Positions 35,996 through 46,901 of a stretch of 64,000 nucleotides of DNA are shown piece by piece. Location of the stretch: IMG/VR virus record IMGVR_UViG_3300042520_001767, positions 32,001-96,000 of that record. One strand, written 5' to 3'. The notes under the pieces are model-generated. The model was not told where the DNA came from and ran no database searches. It worked only from the letters and a program-made list of their open reading frames with translations. The position numbers and the translations under genes were made by a program. Each line of letters opens with the position of its first letter. Positions within the stretch are counted from its first letter, which is position 1. The stretch is from a virus.

Positions 35996-37141
35996 ATGGG
36001 AATTAGTTTAGACGAAAAAGAAAAGTTGTTCCGTCAATTAAGACATTCATTAGGTGCACCTATACGCCAAATTGAATTAACAGAAGACCAATTATGTACA
36101 CTACTAGAAATATGTATAGAAGATTACGCACAATATGTTCAAGAATGGTTAATTGAACATCAATGGCAATCTTTGTTAGGTCAAAGTATTGACACTACTG
36201 ATATGGCTTTCGCCTTGAGTGTAAGAAGTTTTGATTTCATGACTCAATATACCTATGCATATTCAAAACAAGTTGGTTTACAAACCAATGGTCCATGGGA
36301 ACTTAAAAAAGACTATGTTGAATTAGAAGCTGGTAGACAAGTTTATCAAATCCCAGCTGGACGTGAAGTTAATGAAGTACTTTGGATTACACCACCAGCT
36401 ACTAGTCAAGCTTTATTAGCTAACTATGGTGGTATTGATTATGGTTTTGGTGGTGGTTTCTCACAAATTGGTGGCGGTGTTGGTACTGGTGGTCAAGGTG
36501 GTGCTGCTCGTTCTGGTTATTATATAGCACCAGCTTTTGATATTTTATTAACTGCTGCTGATATGAATTTAAAGAATCGTATTGTTAGAAGTGAACTTGT
36601 TTATAAAATAACTGCTGGTCCTAATGGAACAAAACTATTACATTTATTGAGTACACCTGGTTCTAAACTATCATTTGGACAAGGTATTGGTGGAGTTGGT
36701 AGTTCAATTAATATGACTGGTTGTCAAGTATGGTATTTTTATTATGATACAACAAATGGTGATGCTGATGCGTGTAAAAAAGACAACCCAGATATTATCA
36801 AAATGCCTAATCAAGTTCCTTTATCTAAATTAGATTATGCTGATTTTAATGAACCTACAAAAACACTTATTCGTCAATTATTTATTGCTGAAGGTAAGCG
36901 AACACTAGGTAGGGTTAGAGGTAAATTTGGTGGAATTGTTGGTGTGGCTGAAGCAGAAAGAACTATGGATTACGATACATTACTTTCTGAAGGTAACGAA
37001 GAAAAAAGAGCTGTATTAGAAAGACTAGACGCTAGGTTAGAAAGATTATCAAGTACAAATCAACTTCAACGTGGTGCAGATGAGGCAACTAATCTAAACA
37101 CCGCATTACGCTTTAGACCAATGGGGTTCTGGGTATATTAA
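35996..37141 (+). CDS. Neck / head-tail adaptor protein (T4 gp13-like)
   Basis: LRHSLGAPIRQIELTEDQL...CIEDY...LGRVRGKFGG...MDYDTLLSEG...PMGF; ATATTTAT 15 nt upstream. Confidence 0.65.
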   Translation: MGISLDEKEKLFRQLRHSLGAPIRQIELTEDQLCTLLEICIEDYAQYVQEWLIEHQWQSLLGQSIDTTDMAFALSVRSFDFMTQYTYAYSKQVGLQTNGPWELKKDYVELEAGRQVYQIPAGREVNEVLWITPPATSQALLANYGGIDYGFGGGFSQIGGGVGTGGQGGAARSGYYIAPAFDILLTAADMNLKNRIVRSELVYKITAGPNGTKLLHLLSTPGSKLSFGQGIGGVGSSINMTGCQVWYFYYDTTNGDADACKKDNPDIIKMPNQVPLSKLDYADFNEPTKTLIRQLFIAEGKRTLGRVRGKFGGIVGVAEAERTMDYDTLLSEGNEEKRAVLERLDARLERLSSTNQLQRGADEATNLNTALRFRPMGFWVY

Positions 37142-37143
37142 AT

Positions 37144-37172
37144 AAAAAAAGAGGCTTAATTGCCTCTTTTTT
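37144..37172. terminator. Bidirectional terminator between converging neck and polymerase genes
   Basis: AAAAAAAGAGGC-ttaatt-GCCTCTTTTTT. Confidence 0.85.
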
Positions 37173-37178
37173 TATTTA

Positions 37179-40100
37179 TTAAAATCCCCATTCATCTTCT
37201 GGTTCTTCTTTTTTTGTTTCTACTATTGGTTGTACTTCAGCCTTCCAATAACCAGAAGTTTCTTCTGGCGACATAGGTTCATAATCATCTGGTATTTCAC
37301 CGAAAGTGTCATCATATTCATCATCCAATCGTAATTCTTCGTCATTCCTAACAACATTACCATTTTCATCTTCTTCTAATTCATCCTCATCTTCATCACC
37401 CTCAGAATAAACTCGTTTCTTTTTAACAACAACTTTTTCTTCTATAACTATTTTTTCAGCTTTTTTTACAACTTTTTCAATAACACCATCGATTGGTTGA
37501 TAAACAACTTCTGTTTCATATTCAGACAACCCTCCTTCATCAACGCTCACAAACATATCATACGTTTGACCAGTCATTATATTACATTCAACAACGTAAT
37601 CTAACCATTGTTCATATCTATCATCAGAGTTATTATTACCAATCATTTGATAATATTTATCTCTATCTATTGCATTTTTTTCATATTTAAAAATATCTAA
37701 AATATGACATAAAGGTTCACCCCACTTTCTAGAAATAAGGGTACCATCACCATTTTCACTAACATCACAAATAATGAAAATATCTTTTTGTAAATCACCA
37801 GTTGTTTTAATTAGATTTAACTCTTTAATTTCTAAGTGTTTAAAAATATCATCAAGGGTATCTTTTTCATGTTTAATACCTTCTAATTTAGCTATATGAA
37901 TACGCTCGTGATAATCAGCTCTAATTTCTTCCCACTCTACTAATTCCATATTGTTTGGAATCTTATTAACCTTATCCCAAAATTTAATCTCTTTATCTTC
38001 CATTCTCATAAGGTCTTCATATGAATCTTGGTCTGTTTCTTTAAAAGGTATTCCAGATATTAATTCACATTCACCTTTTGTGAATATAGTTCTTTCTTTT
38101 AATTTTTCAGTTGTTTTCTTTGTAATTTTATCCTTTACCTTTACAATATCTAAAACTACTTTAGACCTAACATCTTCATTAAAGCAAACAAGAAGTGGTC
38201 TTACCTTTTTGTTAAACGCTTCTAAATAACGAGCAACATTATATTCGTCAGTATATAAACTATTATTTATATCAATAATACGTTCAGTAATTGATATATA
38301 ACCTTCAGTATCTTTTTCACCATTTTCTTCCATAACTATAAGTGCTTTTTTAAGTACTTCTAATTCTTTTATATTTTCAAAGTCTTTCTCAATAGTTTCT
38401 GGATTAATCAATTTACAATTCAATTGAACTTCTCTAGTTACATTAGGTGGTACCCTATCTAATCCATTGTTAATATACCATTTTTCAAGTTGTTTGTTAG
38501 TCATTTTGTTATGGTAAATTGTTTTCAAATCACCATGAGATTTAGAAGTTCCAGTATTGATATAAAATAAAGTATCACCCAAGGTAACATCTAAACCTTC
38601 TCTCATTGCTAACTCCATATGAGCTTGTTTAGGCATTGGATTACCAGCTTTATTCTTCATTAGAGCCTTCTTTTTATACTCGGTTATAGTTGTCTTAATT
38701 TTAGCTTTTGAAGCCATCTTAACAAGCGGAATTTGATAATTATAAATCTTATCAACATAATCATAATAATGATTAACAAACGAATAACCATCACCATCTA
38801 ATAACATCCTAATACCTTTACCTAAAAATTCCTCAATATAAACTGACATTTTTTTAGATTTAACAGAGTTACCAACCAACTTGATTTTACCACCAATATC
38901 ATTTGCATAGTTTTTACGAGCAAAGTTAATTGTTGAGTTACAAATATCATCGATATCTAAACCCATACGACCCTCCATAAATGTTTCGTTGAATTCAGCC
39001 AATACCGCATCTAAACCAGTTAATTCTCTCCCACCATCTTCACTAGTTTTCCAATGTGAACCTTTAGCTAAATATTTTATTTCATCTATATTATCTGGTG
39101 ATGCGAAGTTTGCCCCGTCAGTATCCATAACTAATGCTCTAAACCCATATTTTTCCGTAAAGTGCTTAATCATAAGTCGCAAATATTGACGACCACGACA
39201 TGTTGTTTCCTCCGCAGAGTCAGTATCACCCCAGTTAAAAATATATGGTGCACCATATGAACCAAACCATGAGTTAGCTAGAATTTTAAGAGGTAATTGT
39301 TTCTTATCGTACAAGTTAGCTAAAGCTTTGTGTTCAATAATTTCTTTTTTGGTTGAATCAATTTCTTCTGTTGTTAAAACTTCACCATCTTTTAATTTAG
39401 CTTCTAATTTTTTAGCTTTTTTCTTTTCAGTTCCAGTCAAGAATTTAAACTTATCACGTGTATCAACAACGTATGTCAACATTCCTTCCATTACACCAGA
39501 AATATCCAAGTCTGGGAAAATCAAGTGAGTTAACTGAATCTTTGGGTAAAGTGCGGCAAAGTCTAACTTAACAACACCTCTTGCATAACCAACCTCTAAT
39601 AAACGTGATAAACCACCAGTAAAATCTCTTTTAGGTAATCCAGCTGGTATTGCTAAACCATTTTCATAAGACCATGCAGCCATAATAAGTTTCCATTGAC
39701 CAGCAGTACCCATTGTAGAACTACGCATAAAGGTAGTAGGTAACATTTTAGCAATAAGGAAAGATGCTTGGTTAAATATATTATCAATTTGTTCAGTTTC
39801 CCATAAGTCATCACAAAGATATCTCTGAACAATATAATCACCTTTAACTATTTTATAACCATCTTTTAATGGTTTTTTATCGGTAATAATATACCAATCA
39901 CCATCAGTATTATTAAATGCGTATTGATTTTTTTTATCAGACCATGTTGTGTTTATTTTATCGCCAGGAACATACACACGATTTGGTTTTGCAATCTCTG
40001 AATATTGAGTTATATATTTCAAACCCCAAGATTTAATTTCAGAGTTGATTGCCATTGCTCTACGAACAGCATGTGAAATATCCATAATATTATAACCAAA

Positions 40101-41015
40101 CATATGTGTTTGTTTATATTGTTCAGTTTCACCACCTAATTTAAGTGATGCGTCTTTTCTTTTAATTTTAGATATTCTATTAAGTGTAATTGCTAATTCA
40201 GTAATTGGTATTGAAAGTCTTTCAGCACGTTCAAATAAGAAAGGCCAGTCAAAGTTCTCAGAATTATAACCAGTTATAATATCTGGTTGCACCGCATCGA
40301 TGATTTTAAAGAACTTTTCTATATTTTCCCTCTCACTATTACGTTTATCTATAGATGTATCACCTATAGTCTCTAAAACACCCTCCAATCCTTTATTATC
40401 ACGAACACCAATCTGAAATATTGCGTTTTTACTAGCAAATAACCCCTCAGTCTCTAAGTCAAATTGAAATCTATGAACATCATCGTAATCATCCATTCCA
40501 TTAAACAATCTTTTACCACTTTGGATAAGGTATTGTTCAGTAGGGCTAAACATAACAAATAAACTTCTATACATAGGTGATTTATCGTCATTTGGGTTTA
40601 TATGTTTATCACTAAACACATCAACACCACCATCTTTAAAAAATTTTAATAAATTATTATAAGAATGTTTACATGTAGCCATGTATTTATACCCATTTTC
40701 CATACGGTCTGGTGTATATCCTTCTTCATTACTAGTGATAAGTTTTGTGATTTTAATACCATACTCTTTACATGCTTCCATGATTTTAAGTCGTTTACCA
40801 CCATAAATCATTGAAGTAACGTCTTCTTTAAACCAAAGGAATGGTTTATAAATATCATCATATAAGTATTTACCCTTTTCTGGGTCGTTAATAACTAATG
40901 TAACTTTTGGTTCGTTATAATTTGATTCAATTGCTACAATGTATTTCTCTGGATTAGAACCCTGTAAAAAGGATTCAATAACTTCATTACTTACTTTTGT
41001 TTTTGATTTACTCAT
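37179..41015 (-). CDS. polB: Family B DNA polymerase
   Basis: Exonuclease motifs FDLET, GYNSENFD, YLCDD; polymerase motifs LDFAALYP, KILANSWFG, MDTDG; acidic C-terminal tail. Confidence 0.93.
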   Translation of the reverse strand: MSKSKTKVSNEVIESFLQGSNPEKYIVAIESNYNEPKVTLVINDPEKGKYLYDDIYKPFLWFKEDVTSMIYGGKRLKIMEACKEYGIKITKLITSNEEGYTPDRMENGYKYMATCKHSYNNLLKFFKDGGVDVFSDKHINPNDDKSPMYRSLFVMFSPTEQYLIQSGKRLFNGMDDYDDVHRFQFDLETEGLFASKNAIFQIGVRDNKGLEGVLETIGDTSIDKRNSERENIEKFFKIIDAVQPDIITGYNSENFDWPFLFERAERLSIPITELAITLNRISKIKRKDASLKLGGETEQYKQTHMFGYNIMDISHAVRRAMAINSEIKSWGLKYITQYSEIAKPNRVYVPGDKINTTWSDKKNQYAFNNTDGDWYIITDKKPLKDGYKIVKGDYIVQRYLCDDLWETEQIDNIFNQASFLIAKMLPTTFMRSSTMGTAGQWKLIMAAWSYENGLAIPAGLPKRDFTGGLSRLLEVGYARGVVKLDFAALYPKIQLTHLIFPDLDISGVMEGMLTYVVDTRDKFKFLTGTEKKKAKKLEAKLKDGEVLTTEEIDSTKKEIIEHKALANLYDKKQLPLKILANSWFGSYGAPYIFNWGDTDSAEETTCRGRQYLRLMIKHFTEKYGFRALVMDTDGANFASPDNIDEIKYLAKGSHWKTSEDGGRELTGLDAVLAEFNETFMEGRMGLDIDDICNSTINFARKNYANDIGGKIKLVGNSVKSKKMSVYIEEFLGKGIRMLLDGDGYSFVNHYYDYVDKIYNYQIPLVKMASKAKIKTTITEYKKKALMKNKAGNPMPKQAHMELAMREGLDVTLGDTLFYINTGTSKSHGDLKTIYHNKMTNKQLEKWYINNGLDRVPPNVTREVQLNCKLINPETIEKDFENIKELEVLKKALIVMEENGEKDTEGYISITERIIDINNSLYTDEYNVARYLEAFNKKVRPLLVCFNEDVRSKVVLDIVKVKDKITKKTTEKLKERTIFTKGECELISGIPFKETDQDSYEDLMRMEDKEIKFWDKVNKIPNNMELVEWEEIRADYHERIHIAKLEGIKHEKDTLDDIFKHLEIKELNLIKTTGDLQKDIFIICDVSENGDGTLISRKWGEPLCHILDIFKYEKNAIDRDKYYQMIGNNNSDDRYEQWLDYVVECNIMTGQTYDMFVSVDEGGLSEYETEVVYQPIDGVIEKVVKKAEKIVIEEKVVVKKKRVYSEGDEDEDELEEDENGNVVRNDEELRLDDEYDDTFGEIPDDYEPMSPEETSGYWKAEVQPIVETKKEEPEDEWGF

Positions 41016-41035
41016 TTTAATTTATTTATTTAATA

Positions 41036-41065
41036 CAAATGTACGAAATAAATAAATTAAAACAA
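41036..41065 (-). promoter_or_regulatory. Bacteroidota-type promoter for the polymerase (proximal)
   Basis: On the minus strand TTG-N19-TACATTTG, 21 nt before the ATG. Confidence 0.75.
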
Positions 41066-41101
41066 GCAAAATAACTAAATAAAATTTAACTTTGTATATT
41101 A

Positions 41102-41133
41102 CAAAGTTACTTTATTTTTTTTTAATGTGTCAA
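41102..41133 (-). promoter_or_regulatory. Bacteroidota-type promoter for the polymerase (distal)
   Basis: On the minus strand TTG-N21-TAACTTTG. Confidence 0.6.
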
Positions 41134-41141
41134 TATAAATA

Positions 41142-41516
41142 TTATTTTTTTATTGACCCATCTAATACATTCACATATAATTCCTCTCTAATAGGTACTA
41201 TAAGAGTACCAGAACCATCTAAAAAATCTATTTCAAATTTAGCAACGTATCTACCAGCAACTGATGTTTCTTTTTGTGTGAATTGATATACTAAATAATA
41301 TTCTTCACAAAGACAATTATCTTTAGGTAAGACTTCTTCAATGCCAGCTGCTTTACATGCAATTTTTTTAACACCTGTATCTATGTCAGTCATAGTAAAT
41401 GTTATAACAGCATTTTGAATTTTATCGTGAAATTTATGAAAATCATTCCTTCCATCTTGGATTAATTCAAGTTTTAATTTATTTAATGTTGCGTTTTTAT
41501 TTATAAAAAATTCCAT
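41142..41516 (-). CDS. BppU N-terminal-like baseplate protein
   Basis: AVITFTM...YLVYQFTQKETSVAGRYVAKFEIDF...LIVP...LYVNVLD Ig-like pattern. Confidence 0.55.
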   Translation of the reverse strand: MEFFINKNATLNKLKLELIQDGRNDFHKFHDKIQNAVITFTMTDIDTGVKKIACKAAGIEEVLPKDNCLCEEYYLVYQFTQKETSVAGRYVAKFEIDFLDGSGTLIVPIREELYVNVLDGSIKK

Positions 41517-41528
41517 ATTTCTGATATT

Positions 41529-42965
41529 TTAATTTATTACTAAAAATTTTATTGTTGTTGTTTCTGTTGGTGCAACATAGTTAATTGTAAACGAACCAGT
41601 TTCCTCAACAACTGAATTAATTCTACAAGTCGCATCATTAGTCCCTAACTGACAAATAACTATACTATTTTCTGTTACCGAGTTATTTGTTACTACAAGT
41701 GATGTCGAACCAGCTAACACATTTACTTTACCACTAGTTTCATAATTAACCGCAGTTAATTGCGTAGCTATTTCAGATTTTAAAAAACCAAATGTAAAAT
41801 TCTTCCATAAAGAATTAGCTACATCTTTAACCATTAACTTATCACCATCTTTTATCATATTGTAATTAACATCTAAATAATCGTGAATTTGAGCCATTTG
41901 ATACCCGTTCTGAACTTTAACGAATATTTCACCAACAGTGGAACTAACCCTTGTAACTACACCAATATAAACAGAATGTAATGGAGATAAAGGTTCAGCA
42001 CCATAAACTAAATTTCCATTAACACCAAGCCATACTGACCCACCTACTACACCACTAGAAGTGTTTAACCCACTAAACAATCCGTTTGTCACCACATCAA
42101 CCTTATCGTTAACACTACCTGTTTTTTCAATTAACCCAAGCGTTTTACTTGAAGTAGTTTCACTTGTATTTGATGCTTTACCAGCCAATATATTTGTACC
42201 ATTCGCACCAGTAACATAAACAGCTTGACCCTTGTTAATATTTTCAGATAATTTAACAGTTAATCTGTTAGTTAAATTTATATTAATATCGTTTATTTTT
42301 GCTATCTCTTCTTTTTCACTAGGTGATAATAAACCAGAATTCGTTGTTGTAGCTAGTGGTATGGTTGTACCACTTCCACTACTACTTTCTAATAAACCAT
42401 CTGTCGGACTTGCAGTGTAAGTTAAATCTGTTGAACCTGTTAAACCTGTTGAACTTAATGTTGATAGGTCAATTTCTGATATATCACCATTTGATTCTCT
42501 TGATAATACCTTCGTTAGTGAATTATTTATTAGAGGTGTTGTGTTAATATTTAAATTTGAAACATAAGTGGTGTGTTGTTTTAAACCTGTTATATTTGAA
42601 CCCAATACTATTGTAGTATTACCACTTGCGACACTATTCAACCCATGAACAAATGAATAATCACCATTAGCTATGGTTAATTTACCGCTAGATAAAGATG
42701 ATTTACCATTAGCTAGTGTTGAATCACCTATAGCAAACGCATAATCAGCGGTTGCGTCAGTTGTCGTTGAATTATTAATCCTTATAGATTCATTACCACC
42801 ATTTCCAATAATAAAAAGATTTACTTGTTTCGGTGTTGAATCACCAAAATAACAAAATAAATCATCACTATTCTCGCTAATAAAAAAACCATTATTAACA
42901 CCATCATCTGGTAATTCTGTTATTTTACCTACATAAACAATATTACCTACTTGTTTTATTCCCAT
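41529..42965 (-). CDS. Tail fibre/adhesin with YadA-like head repeats
   Basis: ADYAFAIGDSTLANGKSSLSSG...ANGDYSFVHG repeats; GQAVY...QNGY domain shared with 24957..26432. Confidence 0.65.
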   Translation of the reverse strand: MGIKQVGNIVYVGKITELPDDGVNNGFFISENSDDLFCYFGDSTPKQVNLFIIGNGGNESIRINNSTTTDATADYAFAIGDSTLANGKSSLSSGKLTIANGDYSFVHGLNSVASGNTTIVLGSNITGLKQHTTYVSNLNINTTPLINNSLTKVLSRESNGDISEIDLSTLSSTGLTGSTDLTYTASPTDGLLESSSGSGTTIPLATTTNSGLLSPSEKEEIAKINDININLTNRLTVKLSENINKGQAVYVTGANGTNILAGKASNTSETTSSKTLGLIEKTGSVNDKVDVVTNGLFSGLNTSSGVVGGSVWLGVNGNLVYGAEPLSPLHSVYIGVVTRVSSTVGEIFVKVQNGYQMAQIHDYLDVNYNMIKDGDKLMVKDVANSLWKNFTFGFLKSEIATQLTAVNYETSGKVNVLAGSTSLVVTNNSVTENSIVICQLGTNDATCRINSVVEETGSFTINYVAPTETTTIKFLVIN

Positions 42966-42967
42966 AA

Positions 42968-45868
42968 TTATGTTACTGTTGTTATAGTTGTTACACTTGT
43001 TATATTATTTACATCTATGTTTTGATAAATTAAATGTTTACGTTGATTAAAATTATTTACGTATGTATCAGATATAGCAACATCGAAATCATAAATATAA
43101 CCCCAAAAACCCTTATTAGGTATTTGATTTACGAATGTTTTTAAATTTATTTCAGAACCATACATTGTATTTGCGTTTTTAAATAAAGTAAGAAATGTAT
43201 TACCACCAATTACAGAACTACCAGCTATTTTATTTATAAGTATATTTTGAGATGACATAAAATTAGTTAGATTTATACCATCATTTCTAAGTCCACCCAC
43301 AATAGTATCAAGTAATGATGAATTACTATCTATATTTAACTGAAGAAATTCATTTGTACCACTAATAAAACCTTGACCGAACGAAGAATTTATAATAACA
43401 CCGTAATTAGCTATATCTGTATAACCTAAATTATTAGAGTTAAATATTTTACCATTGTTAATTAAAGATATGTTATCTATTGATATAAAATTATTCATAC
43501 TACCTTTATTAATTATATTAGCACTAGACATAACTGAGGTGTTATAAATATAACCATCATTAGAATCAATGAAAATAACCCCAGCAACACCATATCTTTG
43601 TGAATAATCTAAAAACACACTATTATTTAAATTATTAACCTTAAAAGTAGATACTAATTCTTTTGGTTCCCCAGAAATAATAGGTATAATATGAAAATCT
43701 TTAGCTAAAGTAGTACCTGTTAACCCACTCAAAGGTAATGATACATTTACTGAAAAATTACTTATATGGTCTATCAACGGTAATCTATTCCCAACAGTAA
43801 CAGTTGGTGCTGAAGTAGTACCACTAATAAATGGATTTGATACTGATTTAGCGAAATCGGTATAAAAATTATTAATTATTGGTTCAGACATAATATATCT
43901 ATGGTTAAGACTTATTGTTGGGTTATTGTTCGTACAATAATTAACATTTAATATCTTATAAATAGTACTACCGCTAGTCCCACTAAGTTCACTAAATTCC
44001 TTTTTATGTAAAAAACCATTCCAGTTAAAATCATCCATTTGGAATCTTCTATATCTTTGTACTCTCCAATCTTTATCAACAGAGATATTACCATAAACAT
44101 TTTCCCTTTTTAATATAAAACCATTTCTATTAGCTTTAAAATTACCATTATCGTCATTGATTATTGTATCATTAAAATCATATTCTAATTTATCACCAAT
44201 AAATGTTAAACTTTCAGCGTTTATTGAGAAATTCGAACTATCAATAGCTGTTAATGATATTTGTTCAATAAATGGAGCTGGGTTTTCAATACCAGACATT
44301 GACATGTAAGGTAACCCATCATGTACTTCAGTATTTAAAACACCAGTTGGTTTAAATACTGGTTTACCGTTAACATCATTAATAATTATATTATTTGGTA
44401 TATTAGAATATCTTTGTTTTTCGAATCTAAGTTGGACACCTATATTTTGAGCACCAGTAAGTAGTGGTGAAAATTGTATATAACCAACATTAAAATAATT
44501 AACAATTGTAAATGTTTGTCCAGTTGTAACCGTAGAACCACTAGGTGCAAATACAACAGTAACAACATCACCATTAGCCGCAATAGTATTAGGTACGTTA
44601 TTAAATTGAGTAAAATTAGAAGCTGAACCAATAACAGTATGAATTTGTTGTCTAGTACTACTATCAGAACCATTTACAATATATTTCGTTTGATAATCAG
44701 TCAAGATATATTTATTACCAGTTATTAATTTTTTTTCATTTTTTAAAACATTTAAAGTAGCATGGGTTCCACTATATATGGTATTTAAAGACGATAATTC
44801 AATTTCTGACACACTACCGTTTGATTCCCTAGACAATACTTTTGTTAGTGAATTATTTATTTCTGGTGTAGTGTTAATATTTAAATTAGCAACATATGCG
44901 GTATCATCCATTGTTGCAAATATATTACTACCACCTAATATTATACTTCTAGATACAGAACTATTAAATACATTATTGTTTCCTCCAACAATAGCGGAAT
45001 TTGTATTTTCATTTAAATAATTTCCTTGACCACCAATAATTACTGAGTTATTTGAATCGCTTATTGAATTCCCCTCACCAATAAAAATACCAGATTCTTC
45101 AGAATTATCTACACTATTAATAATACCACCAATAATCGCTGAATTTTTAGAAGCGTCAATAACACTAGTATTACCGCCTAATATAGATGAATTATCACTA
45201 CCAATATGTATTTTATGTTTACCACCACCTAAAATAGTTGATGATGTACCACTAGCACCATATACACCATCATTAGGTATAAAGTTAGTATCGCCACTAA
45301 AATGAACAAATGATAATTTTCCATAAGCAGTAACACCAACACCACCAGCACTTGAAATGTATCCACTGGCAACCGTACTATGACCTTTTGAATTTGAAAG
45401 CCCACCACTAGCAATTGTATTTCTTCCACTAGCTCTATCACCGTAAGAACTAGCCACAGTATTTGAACCGAAAGCACTTGAAAAATCACCACTAGCAACA
45501 GTATCCCTACCACTAGAAAATGATGCTCTACCTTCAGCTATAGCTCCTTCACCAATAGCTATTGAATAATCACCAGTCGCATCAACATTGGTATCATTTA
45601 TAGTTTTCAATGAATGATTACCAGTAGAACCAGAATTCCAATAACCACCTTCTATTATTGTACCACCACTATAAGTCGGTAATGTAATTGAAATATCACC
45701 ACCATTATATTTTTTTAATGTTAATACGTTATTATTAGTTATTGCTGTATATATAGAATCACCCTTTAAGATAATAAAATTACTATCAAGTTCACCCTGA
45801 CTCAACACACTACCTTTATTTATATCACCATATGGTGAATTAGTTATCCTAAGTATTAAATTTTCCAT
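42968..45868 (-). CDS. 966-aa tail fibre/adhesin
   Basis: YadA-like ASG repeats, SxIxGGxxNxI beta-helix repeats, LITGNKYILTDYQT motif. Confidence 0.65.
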   Translation of the reverse strand: MENLILRITNSPYGDINKGSVLSQGELDSNFIILKGDSIYTAITNNNVLTLKKYNGGDISITLPTYSGGTIIEGGYWNSGSTGNHSLKTINDTNVDATGDYSIAIGEGAIAEGRASFSSGRDTVASGDFSSAFGSNTVASSYGDRASGRNTIASGGLSNSKGHSTVASGYISSAGGVGVTAYGKLSFVHFSGDTNFIPNDGVYGASGTSSTILGGGKHKIHIGSDNSSILGGNTSVIDASKNSAIIGGIINSVDNSEESGIFIGEGNSISDSNNSVIIGGQGNYLNENTNSAIVGGNNNVFNSSVSRSIILGGSNIFATMDDTAYVANLNINTTPEINNSLTKVLSRESNGSVSEIELSSLNTIYSGTHATLNVLKNEKKLITGNKYILTDYQTKYIVNGSDSSTRQQIHTVIGSASNFTQFNNVPNTIAANGDVVTVVFAPSGSTVTTGQTFTIVNYFNVGYIQFSPLLTGAQNIGVQLRFEKQRYSNIPNNIIINDVNGKPVFKPTGVLNTEVHDGLPYMSMSGIENPAPFIEQISLTAIDSSNFSINAESLTFIGDKLEYDFNDTIINDDNGNFKANRNGFILKRENVYGNISVDKDWRVQRYRRFQMDDFNWNGFLHKKEFSELSGTSGSTIYKILNVNYCTNNNPTISLNHRYIMSEPIINNFYTDFAKSVSNPFISGTTSAPTVTVGNRLPLIDHISNFSVNVSLPLSGLTGTTLAKDFHIIPIISGEPKELVSTFKVNNLNNSVFLDYSQRYGVAGVIFIDSNDGYIYNTSVMSSANIINKGSMNNFISIDNISLINNGKIFNSNNLGYTDIANYGVIINSSFGQGFISGTNEFLQLNIDSNSSLLDTIVGGLRNDGINLTNFMSSQNILINKIAGSSVIGGNTFLTLFKNANTMYGSEINLKTFVNQIPNKGFWGYIYDFDVAISDTYVNNFNQRKHLIYQNIDVNNITSVTTITTVT

Positions 45869-45948
45869 ATTTTATCGATGCTTTTTATTTATAAATATCT
45901 AATACATTTTAATAAAGTTAGAAAACGTTATGTGTTAACAATATTTAT

Positions 45949-46356
45949 TTATCTTTTTTTAATTATATTTTTATAAGGTACCCAAATTATTCCAATAAAA
46001 AATAAGGATATAAATCTACCAGTTCTATATCCTTTACCTAATCGTGCCATACCTTTTAAATACTCCATATCAGCTTCCCATTTTGAAATAAAATTTAGTG
46101 ATGCGTTTTCAACTAAATATCTATAATCATGCAGCATCGCATTCAAATCTAAATTAGGTATATCATCTAAATCTTTAACAATTGTAGCACCATCAAAGTC
46201 TTTTGTGTTTTTACAAAAATATCGGTATGCTTTAACGTAATTGTTAATTTCTTTTTCTGGTACTTCTTTTATTTTAAGTAAAGTCACAACTTTAGTTAAT
46301 TTATTAAGCAACACAACTTGTGGTTGTTTAAAGAAACCATTTCGACTAAAAAACAT
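45949..46356 (-). CDS. DUF1353-like protein
   Basis: FDGAT...AMLHDYRY...AD motif. Confidence 0.5.
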   Translation of the reverse strand: MFFSRNGFFKQPQVVLLNKLTKVVTLLKIKEVPEKEINNYVKAYRYFCKNTKDFDGATIVKDLDDIPNLDLNAMLHDYRYLVENASLNFISKWEADMEYLKGMARLGKGYRTGRFISLFFIGIIWVPYKNIIKKR

Positions 46357-46871
46357 TACTCTGTAATTGTAAATTGAACACCAACAGGTTCTTCATTCAT
46401 TATTAATTTATTTAACAAAAAACCTATTGCCAACGGCTCACTTATTGTTATTTCAGGGTTATCTAGTGTACCTCCATTAAAATACCCCATTACTTTTTCA
46501 TATGTCGGGTAACCATAATCAACTATTGTAAAATCACTTGGCATAACACCATTATTAGATTCTAGATAACCAAACATCGGTACTGTAATTCTTTCCTCTG
46601 AACCTTCTAATTGTGAATCATAATCAGGATTTGGTATTGACATTAGAGTAGTTTGATTTGACGACACAATATCATCTTCCATTCCCATAAACATCATTTC
46701 TTTAATAGATATGATAACTTTTTTATTGTTTTTAATACAACTCATTTCAAATCTTATTGAAAGAAATTTATCTAACCTCCTATGAGTTATTGCGACATCT
46801 TGTATAATTACATTATCAAAAGAACCTTGATTTTCTAAAGGTGATTCGTATTTTTGTGCTGTTAATTTCAT
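46356..46871 (-). CDS. Hypothetical protein in the tail fibre cluster
   Basis: 171-aa ORF; the downstream gene's ATG overlaps its stop. Confidence 0.6.
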   Translation of the reverse strand: MKLTAQKYESPLENQGSFDNVIIQDVAITHRRLDKFLSIRFEMSCIKNNKKVIISIKEMMFMGMEDDIVSSNQTTLMSIPNPDYDSQLEGSEERITVPMFGYLESNNGVMPSDFTIVDYGYPTYEKVMGYFNGGTLDNPEITISEPLAIGFLLNKLIMNEEPVGVQFTITE

Positions 46872-46901
46872 ATTTAATTTTTATTTATTTATTATTTTAT
46901 A

